Numbered from the stretch's first letter, positions 1-10,047 are shown. The stretch is DNA of 64,000 nucleotides from Candidatus Spongiisociaceae bacterium (GCA_965262915.1 OZ253564.1:736001-800000), one strand, 5' to 3'. The notes: generated by a model from the letters alone, not told the origin. Translations and numbers: made by a program.

Positions 1-59
1 TGTTTGCGATTCCGGCACGGGAGGACTCGCCTTGTGACTCCCCGACCGTGGTACCCGAA

Positions 60-236
60 GGCCTCTTCCTTCACAGCAACCGGCTGACGGGTCTCATACC
101 GGCGGAACTCGGCGAACTCTCCAAGCTCTCCTTCCTGGATCTGGGCGGAAACTCGTTCATGGGATCGATACCACCGCAGTTGGGGAGGCTTCCGAGTTGA
201 CTTATCTGGTCATCCATGGCACCGACCTGGCGGGCC
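60..236 (+). pseudogene. Plant-type leucine-rich repeat fragment, frameshifted
   Basis: Reads LFLHSNRLTGLIPAELGELSKLSFLDLGGNSFMGSIPPQLGRLP, stops at 198-200 and continues in another frame as LTYLVIHGTDLAG. Matches the LxxLxLxxNxLxGxIP consensus. Confidence 0.75.
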
Positions 237-1766
237 AACATCGCCAGGATCGAATCCGACGACGACAACTTCCAGGATCTCTACTCGGTGAAAGTCACCA
301 CCTACCGGGCTATCCGCAAGCTCTACGAGTTGGGGGTGACCACCGGGACCTCGGCCTCCACTTTCTCGCCGGACGGACGGGTGAGCCGGGCCCAGATGGC
401 GGTATTCATCGCCCGGATGCTGGCTCACACCAACGCCCGCCCGGCCGGCCTCACGGTCCAGATCGCGGGCACCGAGGTTTTCGAGAACTCTGATGTCCGC
501 CTGTCGGTGACCCTGCGCGACCCGGGCCACCGGCCTTTCGAGGACAGGGAGGTGGACATCTTCACCGCTACCGACCCCGCCAAGGCCTTCGACCAGAACG
601 GTGTGTGCACGGACCATGTCGCGCCCGCCCTGGGCAGCAGCGCCTGTGCCATCGACGTGTCGGACAAGACCACTGACAGCCTGGGCAACCTGGAGGCCGA
701 CATCGCGGTGGGGGATGTCGAAGGTCTTCGCATCTGGGTGTGGACGGACGAGAGCGGCAAGCTGTTCGACGAGGACAGTGCGGAACCCGTGGTGGTCGAC
801 ATCACGACCCGAAGCGGCGCTTCCGCTCTGGAAGTCTCCGATGACCTCCCGCCCACTGCCATGAAGGTGCAGTTCGGGGACTCGGTCACCTTCACCTTCC
901 GGATGATCGATGACGATGGCGATCCTATAGCCCGCTCGGGTGTCAGCTTCACCGTCCAGGTCCGGGAGTCGCGGGACAACGGGCGCAGTTTCGAGCCGAC
1001 GACCATCAGCAAGCAGACCGGTCCGGACGGCGGGACCCAGCTCACTTTCCGGTTCACGGATCCATCGCCGGATCCGGGCGACATCGCCAAGCTCGATCTC
1101 GACATCCGGAACAGCAGCGGGTTCAAGGTCGAGGATGAAACCACCATCGGGATGGTGGAGGACGACAGGAGCCGTGACGATCCCTTCCTGGACTGGGCGG
1201 ACGGGCGGGCCGAGCCCACGACCCTGGAACTCAGCCTCACCAAGGAGTACCGGACCGCCTCGTCGGACGGCGCCGGTGCGGCTTCCACCGTTAGGGCCGG
1301 TCTCACCGATCAGTACGGTGGTCCGGTAGCCCGAGAGAACATCGTGTTCACATCCAACGACAGGAACGGGGTTCCGAGCGGGGTACGCCGCCTTACCAAC
1401 CGGCAGGGTGTCGCCAGCCTCAACTACCTGCGAGACTTCACCGGAAGGGGTGTAGAGACGATCACCGCCAGGTTCAAGCGCCTCAGCACCACAGCTCGCC
1501 AATACTGGATAGCGCCCATATCCGGCACTGCCGACGGGTCGGGCAGCGTCCGTGTCGTGGACACCGACAACAACACCATCGTCGTGGCCGACGGCAACGA
1601 CGCCTTCCTGATCGAGTACGACGGCAACGATCACTACCAGGTCGACGCCGAACCGGTCACCGTAGCCAACTTCGAAGCAAAACTGACTGTCGGCGACACC
1701 CTCGCCTACGAGATCGTCGGCCCCGGCGAGGCCGCCGTCAACAACTTCAACCTCACCGATCGGTAG
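216..1766 (+). CDS. SLH-domain surface protein with Ig-like regions, N-terminally truncated
   Basis: SLH motif GVTTGTSASTFSPDGRVSRAQMAVF. Paralogous to 11634..13742 but lacks its signal peptide and first SLH repeats. Confidence 0.8.
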   Translation: MAPTWRANIARIESDDDNFQDLYSVKVTTYRAIRKLYELGVTTGTSASTFSPDGRVSRAQMAVFIARMLAHTNARPAGLTVQIAGTEVFENSDVRLSVTLRDPGHRPFEDREVDIFTATDPAKAFDQNGVCTDHVAPALGSSACAIDVSDKTTDSLGNLEADIAVGDVEGLRIWVWTDESGKLFDEDSAEPVVVDITTRSGASALEVSDDLPPTAMKVQFGDSVTFTFRMIDDDGDPIARSGVSFTVQVRESRDNGRSFEPTTISKQTGPDGGTQLTFRFTDPSPDPGDIAKLDLDIRNSSGFKVEDETTIGMVEDDRSRDDPFLDWADGRAEPTTLELSLTKEYRTASSDGAGAASTVRAGLTDQYGGPVARENIVFTSNDRNGVPSGVRRLTNRQGVASLNYLRDFTGRGVETITARFKRLSTTARQYWIAPISGTADGSGSVRVVDTDNNTIVVADGNDAFLIEYDGNDHYQVDAEPVTVANFEAKLTVGDTLAYEIVGPGEAAVNNFNLTDR

Positions 1767-1798
1767 GCCAGGTGCCAGACACCCCAGGAGCGTAAATG

Positions 1799-3019
1799 TC
1801 AAGCTGCGGCTCGGTCGATGGTGGTTCGGTGTGCCCATGCGGTGTGTTCGTTGTAGGGGGTTTGGTGTTTGAGGCAGCCGTGGAGGATGCCGACGAGTCG
1901 GTTGGCGAGGGCTCGGAGTGCTTGGTGGTGGAGGTCGTCGGCTGCTCGGCGTTTGTCGTAGAAGGCTCGGGCTCCTGGACTGTTCTTTAGGGAACAGAAC
2001 GCCCATTGGTCCAGGGCGTTGGGGAGACGCCGGTTACGGACCTGGCGAGCCAGGACAGCGTGCTTGCGGCCTGACGCCACTGTGATGGGCGACGTGCCGG
2101 CGTAGTTCGTGGGGGACTTGGCGCTGGTGTAACGGTCGGGGTCGTCCCCGAACTCACCGAGCGCCCGGGCGCCGAGCACAGTACCGAGTCCTGGCTGAGA
2201 CAGGTAGATGTCGGCGTCCGGGTGTTCTCTAAAACGGGTCTCGAGGGTTGCTTGGAGGTCTGCGATCTGGCGGTTGGTTTCCACAATGAGTTTCACCAGT
2301 GCCCCAACAGTCGCCCCGAAGGCGTCCGCGACCGGCCCCGGCGCGGTGAGATGGCGGGTACGGAGACCTTTCTGTATGCGGCGGGCAACCTTGTCGAGGT
2401 TGCGTCGCCGTCCGCCCCTCTGTAGCGCTGCTCGGATCTGGGGCAGTGTCAGGCGGGCGCCCAGGATTGGGGTGGGTGCCCGACCGAGTATGGCCACAGC
2501 GTCGCGATGGGCCAGGTCATCGAAGGTTTCCAGCGCTGCGGGATAGTACTCGCGCAGGGCGTTGCGGACTTGGTTGGTGTGACGCGTCCGAGCCCAGATC
2601 AGGTTCTGATGCGTTCTGGCCATGATCTTGATCGCGTCTGATTCGGGGCTGTCACCGGCCACCGAACGATGGTTGTGACGGTCGGTGCGTACCAAATCAG
2701 CTAACACCTTGGCATCACCGCGGTCTGATTTCGCTCCGCCCAGGCTGTGACGGTCCCGGTAGCGGGACACAGCCCTAGGATTGATCGCATACACCAAATA
2801 GCCCGCTGCGATGAGCGCACCCACCCACAGCCCACGATCGGTCTCGATCCCTACCACCACCTCAGCTGCATCCGATGCGTGTTCGGCGACCAACTGGTGG
2901 AAGCGGGCTATACCTTGGATCCCTTCCGGGAGACGGGCGAAACCCAGCCGGGTCCCATCCTCGTCCATCAGATACACATCATGGTGGCCCTCAGCCCAGT
3001 CGTTACCCACAAATATCAT
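1799..3019 (-). CDS. IS110 family transposase (bridge recombinase)
   Basis: DEDD motifs GNDWAE..HD, GIET, KSDRGDA. C-terminal YAGTSPITVASG, typical of the Transposase_20 domain. Confidence 0.95.
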   Translation of the reverse strand: MIFVGNDWAEGHHDVYLMDEDGTRLGFARLPEGIQGIARFHQLVAEHASDAAEVVVGIETDRGLWVGALIAAGYLVYAINPRAVSRYRDRHSLGGAKSDRGDAKVLADLVRTDRHNHRSVAGDSPESDAIKIMARTHQNLIWARTRHTNQVRNALREYYPAALETFDDLAHRDAVAILGRAPTPILGARLTLPQIRAALQRGGRRRNLDKVARRIQKGLRTRHLTAPGPVADAFGATVGALVKLIVETNRQIADLQATLETRFREHPDADIYLSQPGLGTVLGARALGEFGDDPDRYTSAKSPTNYAGTSPITVASGRKHAVLARQVRNRRLPNALDQWAFCSLKNSPGARAFYDKRRAADDLHHQALRALANRLVGILHGCLKHQTPYNEHTAWAHRTTIDRAAA

Positions 3020-3039
3020 CCCTTCCTCCTTCAACGGGG

Positions 3040-3255
3040 ATCGATCCTTGCCGAGCTGTAGAACACGCCTGGCGGCGACCTAATGGATCAGTGCTCTGTG
3101 GCACGCCACCCCATGAGCGCTACAAGCGGCCCTCGCGAACCGGCCGGGGTACGATCTGGCACTAGGAATCAGCGTTCCGGGTGCCACCAGTACTCACCGG
3201 CCAGCCAGCTCAACCACCACACCCTCCCAGACAAACCAGCAGAAGTGGTGGACCC
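3040..3255 (-). ncRNA. Putative IS110 bridge RNA
   Basis: Contains guide-like 7-mers matching the target flanks (TGGCACC at 3180-3186, GTGCCAG at 3156-3162) and the element ends (TGGGGTG at 3107-3113, CCATTAG at 3080-3086). Exact RNA ends are uncertain. Confidence 0.8.
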
Positions 3256-3260
3256 CCATT

Positions 3261-3314
3261 AGGTGTCAGGTGTCGGTTGCCAGGTGTCGGTTGCTGTTGA
3301 CGATCATCAAGTAC
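3261..3314. repeat. Heptamer (YCAGGTG-like) tandem repeat plus conserved TGCTGTTGACGATCATCAAGTAC motif
   Basis: aggtgtcaggtgtcggttgccaggtgtcgg. The 23-mer recurs inverted at 8065-8087. Confidence 0.8.
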
Positions 3315-3396
3315 GGTGGATTTCGCCCCGGATCCCTTGGAACCAACCCTCTAGTATGGAGGTCGTGCTTGTACCTGCGGCAGAAGGGGTGATGGA

Positions 3397-4857
3397 GTGA
3401 GGGCTGTGCGGGTTGCGGGGGCGCTGGTCATGGTGGTGTCTGTTCTGACGCCGGGAACCTGGGATGTGGTGGAGGCTCAGACGACGGTAGCTGGTTTGTG
3501 CGACGCGGGGTCGGTGGCACAGTTCAGTGATGTGGGTGCGGGTGATTATGGAGCGGAGTACACAAAGTGTATGAGAGCGTTGGGTTTGTCGCTTGGTAGA
3601 GGCGACGGGTCTTATGGGCCTGACTTGGAACTGACGCGGGCGCAGATGGCCTCGTTCTTGGTGCGGCTCTGGGAGGACGTGTTAAGGAAGCAGTGCCCGA
3701 AGGCTGTGGATGCGCCGTTCACTGATGTGGCTGGTAATACCCACGAGGAGAGTATTGGCTGCTTGTACGGTCTGGATATCACCAAGGGTACGACGGCGGT
3801 GACCTATGGGCCGGGTGAGAAACTGAAAGTTACCCAGATTTCACTGTTCCTGGTTCGTGTCTACGAAAAGGCCGGAAACCGCTGCGGCGTTGCGGGCGAT
3901 GGCCTTGAGCGGGCGGTGGCATGCCTGGCTACGTTGAGGGTTATACCGTCGGAGTCTGAAGGCAGCAGCCTCGGGTTCGTGACCAGAGACCAGATGGCCG
4001 TGTACATGGTCGGGTTGTGGCACAACATGGTCGGCCGGGGTCTACCGCCACGACCACCGGCAAGGCCGGCCGACGGCACCTACACCACCGTATCGGCCGG
4101 TCGGTATCACTCGTGCGGTCTACTCTCTGACGGGACCATCGAATGCTGGGGCAACAACGAATCAGATCAGCTGAACGCTCCCGATGGGCGGTACCTCTCC
4201 GTATCGGCCGGTGGGGACCATTCGTGCGGTGTGCGCTCTGACGGGGCTATCAGATGCTGGGGTGACAACGATGATGGCAAGTTGAGTGTGCCTGCAGGGG
4301 AGTACAGTTCCGTATCGGCTGGCGGGGACCATTCGTGCGGTCTGGGTTCTGACGGGAGTATTGAATGCTGGGGCAGCAACGACTCCGGCCAGGTGAACGC
4401 CCCCCGCGGTGAGTACCTCTCCGTATCGGCCGGGGGGGACCATACCTGCGGTCTACGCTCTCACGGTCGCGTCAGATGCTGGGGTGACAACGATGACGGC
4501 CAGGTGAGAGACCCAGCAGGGGAGTTCATTTCCGTATCGGCCGGCAGGTTCCATTCGTGCGGTGTGCGCCCTGACGGGAGCGTCGAATGCTGGGGCAGCA
4601 ACGAATTCGGTCAGGCGACCCCTCCCGGTGGGCGGTACCTCTCCGTATCGGCCGGTGGAGACCATACCTGCGGTGTGCGCACCAACCACCTGATCAGATG
4701 CTGGGGCAACAACAAGTTCGGCCAACTAAACGCACCCGACGTGCGCTTCAACGCTGTCTCGGCCGGCAGGTTCCATACCTGCGGTGTGCGCACCAACCGC
4801 GCCATCACATGTTGGGGCAACAACCGCTTCGGCGAGGTGGACACACCCGGCGGGTAG
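3397..4857 (+). CDS. Secreted SLH-domain protein with RCC1-like repeats
   Basis: Signal peptide, SLH motif (YGPDLELTRAQMASFL) and seven VSAGxxHxCG..DG...CWG repeats. Confidence 0.9.
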   Translation: MRAVRVAGALVMVVSVLTPGTWDVVEAQTTVAGLCDAGSVAQFSDVGAGDYGAEYTKCMRALGLSLGRGDGSYGPDLELTRAQMASFLVRLWEDVLRKQCPKAVDAPFTDVAGNTHEESIGCLYGLDITKGTTAVTYGPGEKLKVTQISLFLVRVYEKAGNRCGVAGDGLERAVACLATLRVIPSESEGSSLGFVTRDQMAVYMVGLWHNMVGRGLPPRPPARPADGTYTTVSAGRYHSCGLLSDGTIECWGNNESDQLNAPDGRYLSVSAGGDHSCGVRSDGAIRCWGDNDDGKLSVPAGEYSSVSAGGDHSCGLGSDGSIECWGSNDSGQVNAPRGEYLSVSAGGDHTCGLRSHGRVRCWGDNDDGQVRDPAGEFISVSAGRFHSCGVRPDGSVECWGSNEFGQATPPGGRYLSVSAGGDHTCGVRTNHLIRCWGNNKFGQLNAPDVRFNAVSAGRFHTCGVRTNRAITCWGNNRFGEVDTPGG

Positions 4858-5020
4858 TCCACCGCCTAATCGTATTTCCTCTGGTGAACCGCCACAGGTT
4901 CTTCGGAGAGTGTGGTGATACCCAAGAGCGTCCACTAGATGATCAGTTCCAAGGTTTTAGTGGTCGTATGCGATCAGGGAGCGGGCCGGGCCTGGTTGTT
5001 GGGTGGTTTGGTTGTGCCAG

Positions 5021-5374
5021 ATGACCGCGGTGAGGACGCCTACCGCCATCTGCCCATTCGGCCAGCGAGATGAGAACCACGAACAGGACCAGTATTCCTT
5101 CGATCTGATCCGCGAGGTGCAAGCTGTCGGTGGACCGGTCGGAGCTAGCTTCGGGCTTGGCGTCACCCTTGATCGGTTTGTGGATAGCGTCTATTTCGAC
5201 CGCTCGGAGCGGAACCGAGGAATCCAACCGGCCGACCTGGTCGCATTCATTATCAATCGGCACATCAGAATCCAGGACAGTCCCGGTGACAAGCGCTCGG
5301 ACTGCGCTGTGTGCAGCCTGGTGGACGACCATATCAAGTATTGGATCAAGACCTACCGGATACCTTGGCCGTAG
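5021..5374 (+). pseudogene. DUF3800-like C-terminal fragment
   Basis: DSVYFDRSERNRGIQPADLVAF resembles the S..IQxAD motif of DUF3800. The N-terminus is missing. Confidence 0.5.
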
Positions 5375-5556
5375 AAGTAGGGCTAGACGTCAACCGGGGC
5401 AGCCCCTTCGTGGGGCCGCCCCGGCGCTGGTTGGACCGATGCACCTCGGTGACCCAAAGCGACTTACAGCCTGAAAACTATCGTACAGCACTGCTGTGAC
5501 GATGTCGACAGCCCCCGGTCTGCTCTCACGCGGGCCGTATGTGAACGGCCGGAGGC

Positions 5557-5637
5557 TCGGGCAGCGTCCGTGTCGTGGACACCGACAACAACACCATCGT
5601 CGTGGTCAGCGGCAACGCCGCCTTCCTGATCGAGGAC
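5557..5637 (+). repeat. Partial duplicate of SLH gene segment ~1540-1616
   Basis: tcgggcagcgtccgtgtcgtggacaccgacaacaacaccatcgtcgtgg is nearly identical to 1539-1590. Confidence 0.85.
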
Positions 5638-5722
5638 TGGCACCTGGCACCTGGCACCTGGCACCTGGCACCTGGCCGCCTAGCACCTGGCGCCTAGCAC
5701 CTGTTGCGGGGTGTCAGGTACC
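5638..5722. repeat. Heptamer TGGCACC tandem repeat
   Basis: (tggcacc)n with degenerate units, followed by inverted ggtgtcaggtaccag. Confidence 0.9.
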
Positions 5723-6079
5723 AGTGGTGACTGTGATGGCGATCACCGAAGTAGCCGAACTCGCCCAAGCCGTCGCCGCACGATCCAGCCGACACCTCCC
5801 GGCGATCGTCCAAAAAAATGGGGCGACACCCGGTATTTACGACGACGCCCTCGGCGCCTTCGCCTTCCCGGGGAAAAGGCAGGCCCAGGAGCAGGAGACC
5901 CAACAGCGCAGGCGGGGCGGCCTCGGCCTCGGCTGGTGAACAGCCCGATCCCGGCCATCCTTGTCCACGCCGGTCGGGGCCCTTGATGGAAGAGGTCTCG
6001 CAGGCCGCTATCCGCTTTCCATGCCTATCGAGATATACATCGGCCTTGACTTCTGAAGTAGTTCAGGTATTGTTGGGGT

Positions 6080-6535
6080 ATGGAAGCAGTCGAGCGGACG
6101 TTTTCGGAGTTCTTACGGCAGCCCAACGATGTGGTGGCCGAGTTGGTTGAGCGCGATGTGCTACTGCGGCGGCGCAACGCGCCCACGCTCCGCTTGAGCC
6201 GGGCAGACCGCGACGAAGACCGCTCAAAAACAATCGAGGCTCTTGCCCGACTGTTGTGCAACCTTGCGACGCACAGCCCTGTTGTGCTGGGCGCGGCGGT
6301 GGGCGACGCCTTCGCTTGGACACTGTTCCTTCCCAGGCCGGATCGGGAGGTCTTCGTCGAGGAGTTGACACGGATGCTGCTCGGCGCGGCCGCGGTGGAC
6401 AATTATTCTCCGGTGACACAACTGGTACGCGAATGGAAAGCTACCGCTGAGATCCATGCCGATCCCAGACTCGCCCGTCGGCTCAGCAAGCCGCTGGAAG
6501 CGAGCGGGGACACCGTCCCAGCCCCCGCCGGCTGA
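6080..6535 (+). CDS. Putative antitoxin (Phd-like N-terminus)
   Basis: MEAVERTFSEFLRQP..DVLLRRRNA and REWKATAEIHADP, typical of actinobacterial antitoxins. Lies directly upstream of a RelE-like gene. Confidence 0.65.
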   Translation: MEAVERTFSEFLRQPNDVVAELVERDVLLRRRNAPTLRLSRADRDEDRSKTIEALARLLCNLATHSPVVLGAAVGDAFAWTLFLPRPDREVFVEELTRMLLGAAAVDNYSPVTQLVREWKATAEIHADPRLARRLSKPLEASGDTVPAPAG

Positions 6536-6540
6536 GGACG

Positions 6541-6886
6541 ATGCCGAAACGGCGAGAACGAGTTGCCCCACCGCCGTCGGCTAACGGTTGGGACTTGCGC
6601 TACGCGAACAGCGGCGCGGTCAAGGGATGGGAACAGATCTGCGCTGCGGCCCCGACGAACACGCGGACAGCCTGGGAGAGGACCACCCACGACCCGCGTC
6701 GGCGAGACCACCGCCAGCATCCGCTGAGAGGCTCGTTGGGTCGACGATCGGTGAACGGAACCGAGATGGAGCAGTGGCAGTACGAGGTCACCGCGGGCGG
6801 GCGGATCTGGTACTGCATCGAAGACAAGAACCAAGACGGTATGGATCACTGACGCACAAGTGGGCCACCCTAAGGCAACCGAGTAG
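6541..6886 (+). pseudogene. RelE/ParE-like toxin with a frameshift near the 3' end
   Basis: QWQYEVTAGGRIWYCI. The expected tail KTVWITDAQVGHPKATE* lies in another frame after ~6830. Confidence 0.65.
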
Positions 6887-7284
6887 CCGCACCGTTCGCC
6901 GAACCCACCGTTGTTAGGGGTCACCCGAACCAGCGGCTGCTGCCAGGACTCCGACCGGAGAGGTCGACGGGCAGCCTGTTCGATGGTTCGTGGCGACGTT
7001 GCTCCTTGACGAGTTGGGGCTGTCGAGGCCCTGACCGTTTCCGGCAGAAACCGGCCCGAATCGGGGCCGAACCGCGCTCCGAGCGCTAACTAACGTAACC
7101 CAAAGGCCCAACAGCCGATTTACGGCCCGGGAGAACAACGCCATGGCCTGGAAAGCCTGACCGTCCCAGTTTTGTACGGGTTCCCTATTGGATAGCCGGT
7201 CTCTGAGCTGTTCGCTTGGTGTGTGGGGTCCGGGTCGGGTCTGGCATCGGCTTCCGGTGGGGGGAGTAGGTGTCGTAATCGGGG

Positions 7285-7375
7285 TCATGTCGCGATGTTC
7301 GATCTGGACATCCGGAACGGGGGCGGGTTCAAGGTCAAGGATGGAACCGCCATCGGGATGGTGGAGGGCGACAGA
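7285..7375 (+). repeat. Partial duplicate of SLH gene segment ~1080-1168
   Basis: Encodes FDLDIRNGGGFKVKDGTAIGMVEGDR versus LDLDIRNSSGFKVEDETTIGMVEDDR. Confidence 0.8.
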
Positions 7376-7389
7376 ACTTCGTTCACCCT

Positions 7390-7800
7390 TCAACCCGCCT
7401 TGACAGCCCCGTCCGGTGCCAGCTCACACAGAGCGATTCCCAGCGTCAGATGATCATGAGTCCGCTGATCGTCCGCACTTGCCACACGAGTCCGGGCGGT
7501 TTCGAGAAGTTGTGCCGTGGCCCTCTCCGGTAACTTCTCCTGGGCGCAAGCGAGCAGAAGTTCAGGCAGCAGCAAGTCGAAGTCAAAGTCGACGCGCTCC
7601 AACTCCAGCAAGAAATCACAGCAGTCACGACTGCTCGGGCCCCACCATGCTTCGTGCGGCTCGCACCAGCGAAGGATGGACGCGTGTATCAGCCCATCGA
7701 AATACGACCGCAGAGCCCTCCGTAGATCGAACTGCGTCCAGTACGGAGAGCCACGCGGCCTCGCCCGAATGCGAGCGGTCTGAATGGCCGATCCGACTGC
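7390..7800 (-). pseudogene. C-terminal fragment of an unknown protein
   Basis: Protein-like helical sequence (RALRSYFDGLIHASILRW..WWG) with no convincing start. Confidence 0.35.
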
Positions 7801-7928
7801 GCAGAGAGCCTCGCGGCTACCCAGGCTTTGTCCGAAGTAAGAATGTGGCCGGAGTTCCGGATCGGAGCGCCCCAGCAGAGTTCTCCCGGCCGGAGGCACC
7901 GAGGGGACGGACAGGTCACCAACCTGTA

Positions 7929-8227
7929 ACAGGTGTCAGGTGTCAGGTGTCGGGTGTCAGTCCTTGATGATGGGTTCTGTGGCCAGCTACGGAACGGGCG
8001 AGTGGCCGACACAGATAAGGGCACCGAGAATCCTTCAGTCCCGCCAAACAGGTGCTAGGTGCCAGTACTTGATGATCGTCAACAGCACCCGACACCCGAC
8101 CCGACACCCGACACCTGGCACCTGACACCCGAGACCTGACACCCGACACCTAAAACCTGGCCCCCGGCACCTGGCACCCGATACCTGACACCTGGCACCT
8201 GACACCTGGCACCCGATACCTGACACC
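7929..8227. repeat. Opposed heptamer arrays (CAGGTGT / GRCACCY)
   Basis: Forward units at 7929-7960 and 8048-8064. About 20 reverse units at 8085-8227, abutting the stop codon of the next gene. Confidence 0.9.
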
Positions 8228-10047
8228 TACTGTGCGGCGAAGTTGCGACCTCGGAGCAGGTAGCCGGCTACCTGGGCCCGGGAGTTGGAATCCCACGGGC
8301 AGAACTTCAGCGGGTCGGCCGAGCAACTGCCGGTGATCCCGGCTGCGTACGACGAGTCGATGTTCGGGGCGTGGACGGTCCGGGCGGTGTCGACGAACCC
8401 CACCGGCTCCGCCGCGGGTAGGGCGAACGCCCGCTTGAGCAAGGTGGCCATCTGCGCCCGGGTCACCTCCGTCTCGGGGCAGTACTTATCGGGATCCTCC
8501 GTGCACCCGAGCGTAACGTTCAGATCCGCAAGACGCTCGACGTAGGGTGCCCACCACACCTTGGGATCCACATCGGTGAAGCGCACCGAGGACACCGGAT
8601 CGGGATCCATCCCGTCGAGCACGCGTACGAACCACACCGCGGCTTCCCAACGGAGGAGCGGTCCACCCGGGCACAAGAGACCCTCGCTGCATCCGGTGTC
8701 TTCGAACACCCCCTCCCCGTAGAGGATACGCACAGCCCTCGTGTGCTCTCCTGCCGAGTCGAGATCCGAAAAGCTGTCCGTGTCGGTCGAATCCGGTTCC
8801 CCGCCGTTGTTGTCGCCGCCGTTGTTGTTGTTGTTGCCTCCGGCGTCGGTGCCTCCGGTGTTGGTGCCTCGGGTGTTGGTGCCTCCGCCTCCGTTGTTGG
8901 TGCTGCCTCCGTTGTTGGTGCTGCCGCCGTTGGTGTTGCCGGGGTTCTGTTCCGTGACATCGATACTTACCTCAACGGTGTCGCTTGCCAGCATGGGATC
9001 GGTGGCCTTGACCGTGACCATGTATCCGCCCGTGTCCAGGGGATGCCCGTTGGTCCTTATCTGGCCGGTATCGGGCTTTATCCGGAACGTATCGGTATCG
9101 CCGCCCTCCAGGCTGTAGGTCAGGGGGTCGTTGTCCGGATCCGAGGCTGTCACGGGGGCTCCGACAGGGCTGTCCATCCTCGCGTTCTTCGAGACCGCCC
9201 GATCGACTGACTCGGTGCCGAAATCAGGCGGCGAGTTCGACCCGTTTACGGGGTTGCCGGGTACGCGGTCCTCCGAGACAGTATGGGCACACGCCGGCTG
9301 GTAGTCGAGATTGTCATAGAAGACTTCGGGCCGCAGATAGTGCCCTGCATCTTCCGCCCTGGGTGTATAGCTGTCCGTGTAGCGTGCGACGATCGTCCAA
9401 GGGCCATCCGGGCGAACCGAGCGAGCCCACGTCCATTGCTCCCTGGTTGCGCCGGCGGGATCGTGCAGAGTAGCGGTCAACGTCACGCCCACGAGCGGAT
9501 ACAACGACTGTACCGACACCGATGGGAGCAACTCCTGGTGCGGGCGGCTCAGATCGTTGGCCGGGATTCTGAGTCCCAGGACTCCGAGGAAGGCCTTGGC
9601 GTCGGAATCGTTGTCGCGCCAGAGGCCCTCGATACCGATGACCTCGCACTGTTCGGCGTCGTTGTCGTTCCGTACGTTGATCCTGGCGTAGGCGGATGTC
9701 TCTCCGGCCGGGATGACGATCTTACGGTCATACAAGGTGTTGCCGATCGACGGCAGCGAGCTTCCGTTCGAGCCGGTGATGGTGAAGTCCGCTTGGCTGC
9801 CTTCCGTTGCCGTTCCGCGGATCGCCAGGTACACGTGCCTGTCGACCTCGTCGGGTTGGCCGTCGCCAAAAGAGAAGATCAGCTTCGCGCGACGGCCCTC
9901 ACGGAAGTCGGAGGCATCGACAAACATGTGGATATCCGGATCTTCGCCGTTGTTCTGGGCCGAGGCGGGAACCATCAGAAACAGGACGCCCGCGACAAGA
10001 GGGACGAATGCAACACTCGCCGCCTTCAGCAGACGCCCTAACTTCAT
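8227..10047 (-). CDS. Secreted protein with Calx-beta-like and cadherin-like domains, Gly/Asn/Thr linker and C-terminal SLH
   Basis: Signal peptide. PVTASDPDNDPLTYSL..IKPDTGQI cadherin motif. Cys-SLH motif YCPETEVTRAQMATLL. Confidence 0.88.
   Translation of the reverse strand: MKLGRLLKAASVAFVPLVAGVLFLMVPASAQNNGEDPDIHMFVDASDFREGRRAKLIFSFGDGQPDEVDRHVYLAIRGTATEGSQADFTITGSNGSSLPSIGNTLYDRKIVIPAGETSAYARINVRNDNDAEQCEVIGIEGLWRDNDSDAKAFLGVLGLRIPANDLSRPHQELLPSVSVQSLYPLVGVTLTATLHDPAGATREQWTWARSVRPDGPWTIVARYTDSYTPRAEDAGHYLRPEVFYDNLDYQPACAHTVSEDRVPGNPVNGSNSPPDFGTESVDRAVSKNARMDSPVGAPVTASDPDNDPLTYSLEGGDTDTFRIKPDTGQIRTNGHPLDTGGYMVTVKATDPMLASDTVEVSIDVTEQNPGNTNGGSTNNGGSTNNGGGGTNTRGTNTGGTDAGGNNNNNGGDNNGGEPDSTDTDSFSDLDSAGEHTRAVRILYGEGVFEDTGCSEGLLCPGGPLLRWEAAVWFVRVLDGMDPDPVSSVRFTDVDPKVWWAPYVERLADLNVTLGCTEDPDKYCPETEVTRAQMATLLKRAFALPAAEPVGFVDTARTVHAPNIDSSYAAGITGSCSADPLKFCPWDSNSRAQVAGYLLRGRNFAAQ

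Larger units (their letters stand above)
1777..3262 (-). mobile_element. IS110-family insertion sequence, complete, with CT core at both ends
   Basis: Transposase plus a ~240-nt non-coding left end. AG (CT on minus) cores at 1777-1778 and 3261-3262. Removing the element restores a continuous CCAGGTG-CCAGGTG-TCAGGTG array. Confidence 0.92.

Noticed and set aside
210-2006. Long antisense ORFs (also 11424..13454, 43593..44891, 52226..53767)
   Set aside because: Shadow ORFs of high-GC genes on the opposite strand, with no motifs.
8085-8227. Heptamer arrays as coding ORFs or a CRISPR
   Set aside because: There are no unique spacers, and the translations (RCQVSG..) are repeat artefacts.
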